DNA of 64,000 bases from Spizellomyces punctatus DAOM BR117 (Eukaryota), in NCBI GenBank assembly GCA_000182565.2, contig KQ257454.1, one strand, 5' to 3'. Each line of letters starts with the position of its first letter. The first letter of the stretch is position 1. This document shows positions 53,173 through 64,000 of the stretch, one piece after another. The notes beneath the pieces were generated by a model, which had not been told where the DNA came from, ran no database searches, and saw only the letters and a list, made by a program, of their open reading frames with translations. The position numbers were made by a program, and so were the translations under genes.

Positions 53173-53740
53173 TGCGCACTTTTTACAAGAGGGATTGCCG
53201 GTATGGGGAGAGAGAAAGACCAAAACAAACAAGCGAAGCGCTTCTCGTTTTTTTTTCGGTCAGCTGGCACGTGATTTGGTACATTCCATATATAGCTATA
53301 TTGACATTTACAGCCACCGAGTCTCCTACGCCATACACAGTCGTAGCAGACCAGCAACAGCTGCATACTATCAGTCTGACTGCACCAAGTACCTTGCACC
53401 TACTGGTGTCCCAGATTCTAGGTAAATCTCTCGAGCAGATGATTTGCTCTCATTATCGTGATGATGGCCCTCCAGAACGTCGCGCTGGAATGCCGGCATT
53501 GGGACATGAGGCTCAAGCAAAAGGAGTTGTCACCCCCCATCCTTGTCCTTTCTGACGGTATCCTTTTGATAGTGCATAGGATGGAGAAATCACCACATAA
53601 TGGTCATGCCACGTGATCTTTCAAATGAGGATCTTGTCGGCTCCATCCGGCTGTGGTTTGCTGAGGCAAGCAAAAGTTCAGCGCGTTTGCAGTCGTCTTT
53701 GCATGGGATCGGTCCAAAGAAACAGTATATTTTCGCTTCG

Positions 53741-56700
53741 ATGACTCCAGCAGCACCAGATCCAGACTCGTATTTGTCTCGTCTTAGCAGTCTCTCATGT
53801 CCGATAGACTCTCCGCTTGTTGCAGCCGCCCCTGTGGCCGTCGCCATCGGTGGTTCCATACACGACGTGAACCTTGCCGACTCGAGCATTTATGCACCAG
53901 ATGCAACGGCTGAAAAGGGACTGGCACAAACGGTGGCATATGCAGTGAAAGAAGCTGGATATCTGGCTAAAATGGTGAGTACCAAATGGTCGACTAACAG
54001 CGCTTCTTATCGACAAATGTTGTGGCGAACGGAGTCCAGCATTGGGGATCATATCATCTTCATACAGCACTCGTAAATGCGGCGAATATTTACCTGACAC
54101 AATTTGTAGAATGCTCTCCTTGAGGAAGGACAAAAACTGCTGGCAAGCTTGTACTCATATCGTAGCTGTAGCCGAGCGATTCCGCAGGTTGGTGACTTTT
54201 TTTCCACTGATGACATTGAGAAAATATCAATTAATAGCCCAATTCAGGTCCAAAGCAACGAGCAGGCAAATCGATTGGAGATATATCAGCGAACATATGA
54301 AGTCCTTCAACCAGAGGTGGACAAGATGCAGAAATTTATGGCATTTCGGGATGCCGCTATTGCTGGTGTAACAGACGTCTTTGCCGAAATGGTTCCCGAG
54401 ATGCGGGACAGAGATTTCTTCCCAAGTGCAGACTTCTTGGAGACCTGTGCTCAAGTGTTGGATATGTTTGTCGTTATGGATGCGATGAAAAACATTAAAG
54501 GATCTATGAACAATGATTTTTCGATGTACAGAAGGTTAGTTAATGACATTGTAATAAGTTGTGGAGGCTAGTCTCACCAAGAAATGGATGCCAACCTACA
54601 CGTAGAGCTGTTCAAAGCGCGAATCGTAACGTGAGCGAAGATGACACCATTATGCAGCACAAACTGTATTCCTTCTTGGCGAATCAAGACCAGTACTCCT
54701 CAGAACTGAAGAACTCACTCTCCAAACTTTCATCGACATATGAAGACATCATTACAGATATGATCGAAAATTGCGCCGATCGTATCGAGAGCGGGCAGTA
54801 TCTTCTCCCGAAGACAAAATATATGTATTATAGGGTATGAAGACTACGTTTTTGTAAGTTCAGCATTTTCCAAGAGCTTGAATGGATCGATGCATATATA
54901 GGCAATATCATTTGGCTTGTATTTATTGGATAAAGAAGGAGAGGAACATGATATTACTCGACGAAAGAAGTTCAAGCTTGACCGATTTGGAAAGATTTTG
55001 AAGGTAGAAACAAAAGCTCTTTGGACGGATTTGTTTAATCATAGTCCTCAAATACCGTTCTCCTGTTTAGGCCTGCCCAGTGGTCCCTCTCTTTGCCGAT
55101 CAGTACGTCAGCTTATCTACCATATACAGCAAAGCACCTCATCTCAGCAATACGAAATGGGAAGAGGCAGAAGAAGCAGGAAAGGCCAATCTTGCCCGAT
55201 CGTACAGCCTTGTCAATCATATCGATGTGGCAAGAGCAGAGTACATAGAATACGTTGCGCTATTTAAGCGCACGATCAATGCTGTAGGTCATTTGCATTA
55301 TCCAATTGTGCTGCTGCAATCATTGAGTATTGTTCAATATGTCAATATAGTTGCGACCGTCAGACGGAACGAACGCGGCCATACCACAAGAGCATTGCAC
55401 AACTGTCTATAATATTGTTCTACAAGGGCTCAAGACGCTTGCACAGTGCACAACAGCTGTCTTGGAGCAGGTAAGTATCCCATCTACGGCACAACATCAA
55501 TGTTCCCTGCTCATGATCTCCATTCTAGAGTGCCTGGAAATACGCCAATCCAGTTAACCCACAGATTGCTCGCCATATACCTAATGAGGCACTTTCCTAT
55601 GAGCTGGTTCGTTGTCAGACATGCCTAGGCTCCTCATTTCATGATTTCACGGTCTCAACGTTCTTGTTTGGCCCAGGCTGTTCGTTTCAATTACAGTGCA
55701 GAGGAGAAACGAGCGCTCATTGAGGTAAGGAACCTCTTCACCATTTTTTACGATGTATGGAACCTCAAACTTTGTCTAGTACATAGCTATGATCAAAAAT
55801 CTTTCCTCCATGCTCTTGAGTCTGGACAGAGCATTCCTAGTGGCTATCAATCATCAGATTTACATGGATGTTCAAGACTTTGCCCGAAACCATATTAGCG
55901 ATTTCTTCGTCCACGCCAGTAAGAAGAAACGCCCGGTGGCAGCGTATGTATTTTGCGTCGGAATCGACCATATTTCAAAGAACGCTAGCTTTATAATACC
56001 TGCTGTCTGGTTCATTAGGATAATCAAGCATTTGCGGGATATCGCATTTGACGGCCCGCCATGGGACGACGATGCCGCCGGTCGGGGTAAGAAGGACACT
56101 AAAAGTTCTGCTGGAGACACGCACGACAGTGCACCGCGGGCAAATCCCCTCGCACCATCGCTGGTAAGTGTCTGGCTGAAATGCCACAAAGATATTTTTG
56201 ACCAAATTTTTTGTGTTGTGGATCCGTGCAGCTCCAAATCGTTCGCTTGGTTCTAAACTCCTGCTTCAACGAAAAAGCCAAGGGAATGAAAGGTGGTCTC
56301 ATGCGAGAGAAAGACTTTAAGGATTCCCAGGCAAACGAGGTCCAAGAGTTCCTCAACCGAAGTAGGATGTACCTTCCGATGCTGGACTTGGAAGGTACGA
56401 TTTGTATAAGGCCCAGACGTCATGTAACTTTCCATTGACCTTGAAACCGTTTTTATGGCAGGTACCGTCCGTCAACTGTCAGATCTGTCAGATCTATGGT
56501 TCAAGGAATTCTATCTGGAACTTAGTAAAAAAGTCCAGGTAGTGCCCGACCTTGCATTTCGTGATGCTCACCGATACTGAGAGCTGCTTTACCTAGTTTC
56601 CTATCAGTATGTCTTTACCCTGGATTTTGACGGAATATATTCTCCATTCCAACGATGCGGAGATGATACAGTATGTTGTGGCACAATCCAGGAAATCTTT

Positions 56701-59379
56701 GCAGAACGTGCAGAAATTATCTGATATGGTGATAACTGTCATCATCCAGATATGTTTTCTATCCATTTGAGCTTTATAACGATGCTGCATATCGGACTTT
56801 ATATCATTTGAAAAGCAAGTTCATTTACGACGAGATTAACGCCGAGGTATGAACCATATCTACCCCAGTAGCACGTCTGAGAAAGTTATTTACATGTCGT
56901 GCCGCCTGTAGGTCAGCCTCTGTTTCGATCAATTGATCTTCAAACTGAGCGAGAAAATCTTCTTACATTATAAGAAGGCTGCATCATGGTAAAGGAACAT
57001 ACTTTAAATAAAGCTGCAGGTATGAAACATACTAAACAATTTTGGGCGCCGATGACGAAACAGCATTGTCCTGGCTGCAGATCTAAAGACCGAGACAGAT
57101 CTTGCTCACATGGGTCTTGTTCTCGAAGCATACGACGGAATTCTGGCACAAAAGAACTATCAGGTAATAGACGAGTTCAAATCTAAGTGCTCTGTCCTTG
57201 GTTACTTATGATTTTGGCCGTTACAGCTACTCGGCCGCTCATTAAACATGTGGGAGCCCATTGGACAATGGATGAACCACCATCTCCGAAAGAGCATCGA
57301 TACAGCCATTTGCCGGTATGAAGGGAGCGATCTGACATATATAACAGTGAGTATAAGTGCATAAGGTATTGACGCCTTCCGAGTGCCTGACAGAAGACCT
57401 TACGCATTACAATAGGATCTGGATACTCTGCTTCGGAGCGCTCGGATGACCCACCAGCTACTATCTCGGCGCATAATTTTGGATAATTTTGACGACATGC
57501 TAGCAGAAGTCGACGAATCCGTGTCTATAGCAGCCGTAAACGGACGTATCATATCGCATACCCTCAATCAACTCGTCAACGACTTCATCCCGAACTATTG
57601 CTTCAACAGTGTAACCAACAGGCAAGCTGCACAGCCGCTCACGTACTGTCAGACTGGGAACTCACTCATAATGAATACAGGTTCTTACGAGGACCTGTCG
57701 CATTTGTACCCGAGGCATCTAGGCACAGCTTTCCAAAAGCACCTCCAATCTATCTGTATGGCTCAAAGGTTGCAATTGAGACAGTCTCATTTTCAAATTT
57801 ATGTTTACCTGACTGACACAATGGCGGGAATTAGGCGCTTTCAGTAGCTTTTAGTGCACAAAATGCTTTACTGAAGGAATTCATTGGGGAACCACACTTC
57901 AAGACCATAACTCGATGGACGGGGAAGCATGGAGTACCCGTCATCATAACGGAGCTTTCGAAGCACATCGACTCCATAGTAAGTGATAGCCTGCCTTAAA
58001 GGAAGTTCCGTCCCATGCTAAGTGTTATTTTGCACGGCATCAGGTCAAAAACACCATGACGGCGTACATCGGTGTCATATCAAAAGGAACTCCCCAAACA
58101 ATGAAACTGCCGTTGTTTGAATACGGAACGGCTGGTAAGTAGTCTTCTTCAATCTTTATAGATGTTGTCAATCTAAGAATCGTTAATGTTGTCTCCGCTA
58201 CAGGGACATTCGAGTACTTCGCTGCACATCTTAAGCCACTGATAACATATCCGGCTTTAAAGTCAGATGTACTACAGGCTTTTCGGGAGGCCGGAAACAC
58301 TGTTCTGACGGTTAAATTCTTGGAGGACGTTCTGGTAAATGCTATCTCTGTGGTAAAATCACAAGCAATCTCTAAAGATCGTTTACTACAGGCGATAGAC
58401 GGGCCATTCCAAGATATGCAAACCTTGGACTTTGTTCCCCAAGCCCCCGGTAAGTGAGTGCCATGATGCCATGTTAGGTGATCATCATTAATCTTGGCGG
58501 AACGGTAGATTCCAGGGCAACCGCTTACTCCAAGCTCAGAGATTTTGATGAAGTGTTTGAGTCTCACAATTATGCCACGGTGGGTATCATGTACACTGAA
58601 GTTGCTGGCGCTGAACAAAATCCCTAACTTTAACCTGGCAGCCATACCGAACCTGGGTGGAACGTACTGACGTTCTTTATGCTCCATCCCCCCCAAAAGC
58701 ACTGATGAGCCCATTTTTGGAACACTTGCGTGAAACCCTCGATTCCGTTGCGGACGAGTGGCAGGCTGATGGTCATCTAGAAAATCCACGCGCGTTTTTC
58801 AGAATTTGGAGTGCTCTTCAATTCACATTTTGTGTACCAAGCGTCGGAGAAGGGAGACTTGTCAGGTAGGGCTTATATTGATGCAGCCTTCCATAAAAAG
58901 ATGGGTTAGCTAAGGGTAATGATTGTCCGGTGGAATGATAGGGAGCTCTTTGGCGAAGGTCTTTCATGGGCAGGGTAAGTCGTTTAAGATGCATCTCCTT
59001 TGTAAAGGTGAACTCCCTTTAGGTTAACTGCATTTACACTCTTAACAGATGCACCTTTATCCATCTGCTGAACCAGACCGACGTATATACTGCCTTTGAC
59101 TTCAACAACCACTGTCTATCGGTACAACGCGCCGATCGAAAGGCTGCACATTTGACATTCGGCTTTGGACAATACGGAGGTGCGATAGGGGTTACCGGAG
59201 CGAACGAAAAAGCAGCTGGAACTCCGGATTCGGCAAGTTTGTCCCCTACGTCTGCAACCGCAGCAACAGCCATTGGACTCCGACAGGATGTCGTACAGTT
59301 CTTGGAGAGTGCGTCCTTCTACCAAAATGTGAACGAAGAAGTCTTTGCGACTTTGATGGGAATGGAGGCCGTGGCATGA
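53741..59379 (+). CDS. CYFIP: CYFIP/Sra1 subunit of the WAVE regulatory complex, many exons; an in-frame upstream ATG exists at 53600
   Basis: [85 protein letters not shown]. Confidence 0.93.
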
Positions 59380-59498
59380 GGACAACTGAACACCGGTATT
59401 CGCATGTTAGGGAAGGGAAATTGATAGGAGTGTTAAAGTATGCATTTATTATTATGTTTCACGTTAAAACCATTTTCTTTACGGACGGGCACATGTGA

Positions 59499-60637
59499 CT
59501 ATAGCATGAATCCAATGTTCAGATTTCGTTGACCAGTTCCATAGTACATGGACCCCCACTTGGGCGGATTAGCCGTGTGAAAGAACACGTATCCGGGCCA
59601 TAAGAGGCTGCGAAGAATTGCTACTGATCCAGTGCGCTCTGTTTGACATGACCATACTCCTAGTACCAATCAACCATGAGTTCAAACAAAGTCAGCTCAA
59701 ATGTGCCAAAGGAAAACGTACCCTTCGGCTCATCGTTGGCAATGGTCTCAAATATATCAATAGATTCGTCGAATGCATCGGCTCTCTCTTGTAATGTCCG
59801 CTTGTTTATGTCGAAACCCTCGCGGAAGTGTAGATAGTGCGTTAACTGGCTGAGCTCGCCTTTTGGGATCCCTGTTGAAAGCATTCCTTGGGTCAGACAG
59901 CCAAAGAAACACCGGCGACAGGAGGCATCTACCTGAGAAATTGACATTTTTCTGCAGTTGATGCAAGGTATCTCTGTAATATGCTCCACGAGGGACAATT
60001 TCGGTCTCGTAATTAATGAGGGCTACGGTTCCAGAAAGCCGCTTCTCTTCGTTGATTGTCTTTTCCTAAACCACTTCCAATCAGTGAATTGCTTAGATAC
60101 TGCAGATCAGCAAGTAATATCCACCTCAGCGCCTTCTTCTGGTTCTTCGCCTGAACAATTTTACTCATATTAGAAAAATGCCTTGACCAAATGCGGAAAC
60201 ACAAGTCAGCAACCCACCCAATGAGTACTCAAAAGCCGGATCACCGGTGAAGCGTCCGTGGACCTGACTAATACGATCCATATCCGACGATGGAACGTCA
60301 GGCAGTTGCAGCCAATTCACAAGATCAATGCTAAGGTCGGTATTGAAGTCATCAGGAAAATTCCTCCCTCCCCCAATACTGGGTACAGTATCAGATCACC
60401 GGTTGGACCGACATACCTATAGTAGAACTTTCGGGAAAAAAGGTTGTCTTTGGTCGCCTGGGCGATAAAATAGTCTCTCTGTACTCCAAGGATCTTTCCC
60501 CATAACCAGATCTCTTCAAGCTTCTCTTGCTCTTTCTTGACCTGGAGCGAAGATTGAATGGCAGCTTTCTCCTCAGTATTGAGGGTGAACCCCACCAGCG
60601 TAAGGTATGGTAAATCATCTAAATTGATAAAGGACAT
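59499..60637 (-). CDS. RSPH9: Radial spoke head protein 9, multi-exon
   Basis: LWGKILGVQRDYFIAQ, GRFTGDP, INEEKRL, IVPRGAY, LRSLLWPGYVFFH, YYGTGQRNLNIGFML. Confidence 0.93.
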
Positions 60638-60960
60638 TTTGAAGACGGGCTGGGTGCAGAAAGCAGAGAGGTGAGCAGGAAATTGACGCGTACCCAAGCC
60701 TTATGTAATCAGTAAAGCCAGCATAGCGCTGACTACTATCAAGTGGATTTTGGCCACTTCATTTCTGACTTTAGCAATGGAATGGCATTAAGGCTGCAAC
60801 GCTGTAATGTTCTATTTCTCATTTTATACTCATGTGATATAAAAGCTGTGAAATTCCAGATGTGGTTCATTGTATGCTGATATTTTTATAATACTAGCAT
60901 CTACTAGAGTGCTCTATAAGGGAATCGTATCTACTAGAATAACAATTATTTCTTTGCACC

Positions 60961-62529
60961 CTAGTTCAGAGGTATACTCTGAGGAAATTGAAAACGATTA
61001 GAGGAATACGATTGCCGCTTGACCTGCTTTAATCGATCGTACGCCGCTCCATAATACGCTTGTTGCCGGTTCGGGAGCCCCTTGTCAATAGAGTTTTGGT
61101 ACGCTGGAACAGTATTTGTTTTGTACTCTTTACGGTATAGAGTAGCCAGATTACCGTAGAAGTTGTTAATCCAGGTAGGACACGTCGGGCAATCGGAGTT
61201 ACCTGGGGGAGCATTCAGATTCCCCATTCAACTACTATCTCAATGCCAAACAGCTCATTGCGATGAATGAAAGCAGTCTCGGAAACAGGAACATTGCTGA
61301 CTTATCCACCCCAAAGATCGATGATGATATAAGCTCCGGTCAAGCCTCTCGGTATTGAACAGAGGTATTTGTTCATGATCTGTACAGTTTGCCCGCTGAA
61401 AGGAGCACTGTAGAATAATAAGTTGCCTTTAATGCACTTTGCGTCCTGAACAAAGGGGTGTTGCATGCCTGCCGGCTTTGTGGTGTCCATCCAAGTAAAA
61501 CGAAGTAACGCATCCATAAGCGACTGCTGCCGTACATCTGAGGCAGAAGGTTGCGACCCTACAGCGTCTATAAAGCCCTTTAAAATCCCGTTGAGGTTTG
61601 ACTTTGGATCGAGGTATAGTCCTTGCAGCTCCAAGGATCCTGCAGAATTCCAGTTCAATTCAGTTGTCAGATCGTTCGTCGCCTTTGGGCCCCATGTGTT
61701 ATAGGCAGCAAGCACGGCGCGGTGTTGACTGGCGGGCCAACTAAATGTAAACGAAGTCACAGCGTCCGTATTGGGCACGGTTTGTAAGGCGATCTTGAAT
61801 GATGTTATGATCCCCAAAGATCCTGAAGCAGCAGAAGATAATTGAGCATAGTTGCTTCAAGCCTCAACGTTCCTGTCTCCTGCACGTTACCTCCACCAAC
61901 TCCACAAAGTTGCCCAAAATAATTTGGGTTCTGATTTTTATTTGCTACTAGCATGTCTCCCTTTGCGCTGACCATTGTGATTTCCAAAGCTTGATCGGCA
62001 GCCACTCCATATTTTACGCCCAAAGAGCCCGTATCCACCGTGTAGCGTTAGACCTCCCACACCTACGGTAGGACAGGTACCACCTGGAAAAGCATATTTT
62101 TCCTGCCGTCCATAACTTGTAATAGAGCGGGGCAAGCATGTTTCCATTACCGACAACGGCTGTACGGGTATTCTTATCGACGGATACTGAATACAGCTTG
62201 TACAAGTCCACAAGTAGAGCTCCATTCTTCCCACCTTGCGAGTACCCTTCGTAAGAGTGGCCACTAGATCGGGGAGCTATCGTCATGTTGTTTTGCGTTC
62301 GCACACATTACGGCAGTTTGAATGTGTTTCTCCTTCGTTGGGATGAATATTGCCGCGGGTTTATAGGTGAAGCGGTAGTCTTGTCCAAGTGAAGCTTTTG
62401 GGTATGTCGGATCTGAAGGTGCGATTACCTTGGAACCATCTTGAATACCAGAAATAGTTGTATAAGCTGGCCAAATGTGCATGGTGCGCCAGGAAAAAGA
62501 CAAGCCAAAGTGGCCACGACAAGACGCAT
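60961..62529 (-). pseudogene. Secreted FAD-linked oxidase (berberine-bridge/AA7-type), disrupted
   Basis: RSSGHSYEG, GTCPTVGVGG, GGYG and the C-terminal YQN..D...YYG..Y.RL..VK are spread over several frames. There are at least 5 frameshifts and an in-frame TAA at 61302-61304. Confidence 0.8.
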
Positions 62530-63021
62530 GTTATGTCTCCTCCCAGAGATCGGCGCAGATTCAGAGATATGCGAGCCCGCACAGAAGGAGTTGGTATGCC
62601 TGATCTACTTTATTGACGATTAACAAGAGTTGGATCCTCTGATCGCTGTAAGCAGCATTGTACAGCCATGAGTGGTCGCTGAGTTCCGATTTTTCTAATC
62701 TCTTTTCTTTGTGCTGCGTGCTGCCGCACCGACCCTTTTATTTTGTCTTCAACAAGAAGACCATGCGTGTCGTCCTGCACGAATTCGGGAGCTGACTTTT
62801 AGCGTTCGTCAGTGTAGATAAAGTTGCTGCGAGATGGACGTTGAGATCGGAGTATCGCTCCCGGCGGTGAAAACGCGAGGATGGCACAGTTAGAGATGAT
62901 GTCACTCCCAACGAGTGACGTCCAACAAGTTGCCGGCAACTACTTAAAGCAAACCTTTTTTGACGGGGAGAGCTTCACTTGCCCTTCTTGTCGGTGCAAG
63001 TTCTATCCTCGTCCAGTACAA

Positions 63022-64000
63022 ATGTCAGCTCAACCAGGAGGACATACATTTCGCGTCTGGGCACCGGATGCCCCTTCTGTAACGTTGGTGTTGGGCGCTG
63101 GGGACCAAGCCAAGTCCATCCCCATGAAGAAAGTAGATGTCCCATCTGCACGTAGTCAAGGATGGTGGGAGGCAGTTGTCAAGGGTGCAGGACACGGTTC
63201 CGACTATGGATTTCTGGTAGAGAAGAACAAATATAACGTCGACAAACCTTTACCGGACCCTCGAGGTTTCTGGCTTCCTACAAGCGTTCACGGACCCTCA
63301 CGAGTTTACAATCATGATCAATTCAAATGGACAGACAAAACATGGAGAGGCGTGCCTCTGGCAGGGTAAGCTAATTGTTGGCCGGCTCCACTGGAAAATA
63401 ACATTGACACATCCTCAGATCAGTGCTGTACGAGCTGCACGTCGGTACTTTTAGCGAGGAAGGCACCTTTGATGGTGCCATAAAGAAATTGGATCATCTC
63501 GTAAATCTAGGAATAGATGCAATTGAATTGCTCCCTTGCAACGCATTTCCTGGTCAATGGAACTGGGGATATGATGGGGTTGGCTTGTACGCGGTCCAAG
63601 AGTCATACGGTGGTCCCGACGGCCTGAAACGCCTCGTCGATGCTTGCCACGCTAGAGGTATTGGAGTTATAATGGACGTGGTATATAACCACCTTGGTCC
63701 CGATGGCAATTATTTGGAGTGCTTTGGTCCGTACTTTAGTACAAAGTCCAATTCATGGGGGACTTCAGTCAATTTGGACGGGCCATGGTCGGATGAGGTG
63801 CGGAGCTTCTTCATCGACAATGCTTTGATGTGGTTGGAGCATTATCACATCGATGGTCTTCGATTGGACGCCGTCCACGCTTTACTTGATACAAGCGCAA
63901 CCCATTTCCTCGAGGATCTCGCCAATCATGTACGCAATCTGAGTGCACGTCTTCGAAAGCCTCTGTTCCTCATCGCGGAGTCGGATCTCAATGATCCAAG
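63022..64000 (+). CDS. treZ: Malto-oligosyltrehalose trehalohydrolase (GH13, bacterial TreZ type), intron at 63366-63418, runs off the window
   Basis: FRVWAP, PDPR...[78 protein letters not shown]. Confidence 0.9.

Overview
Gene-dense, intron-rich eukaryotic DNA with short GT-AG introns of about 50-90 bp. It is most consistent with a zoosporic fungus (chytrid, possibly Spizellomycetales; inference): fungal-type housekeeping genes occur alongside flagellar genes (TTLL1, WDR92, CFAP298, RSPH9), the WAVE subunit CYFIP and TRAPPC11. I read about 28 protein genes, a U4 snRNA that the ORF track cannot show, and one multiply disrupted FAD-oxidase pseudogene. The most notable items are: (1) an actinobacterial-type treZ gene carrying a spliceosomal intron, divergent from a decayed AA7-type oxidase; (2) a roughly 3.7 kb interval (27.6-31.3 kb) without recognisable genes, holding a structured-RNA candidate, four different tandem arrays, a TATA box and splice signals; (3) an F-box protein with RPEL-like repeats; (4) a secreted Q/N/K-rich Cys-motif protein; (5) a single-base frameshift in the essential eIF3i gene. 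Exon boundaries were read by eye and family calls come from recognised motifs, not database searches.
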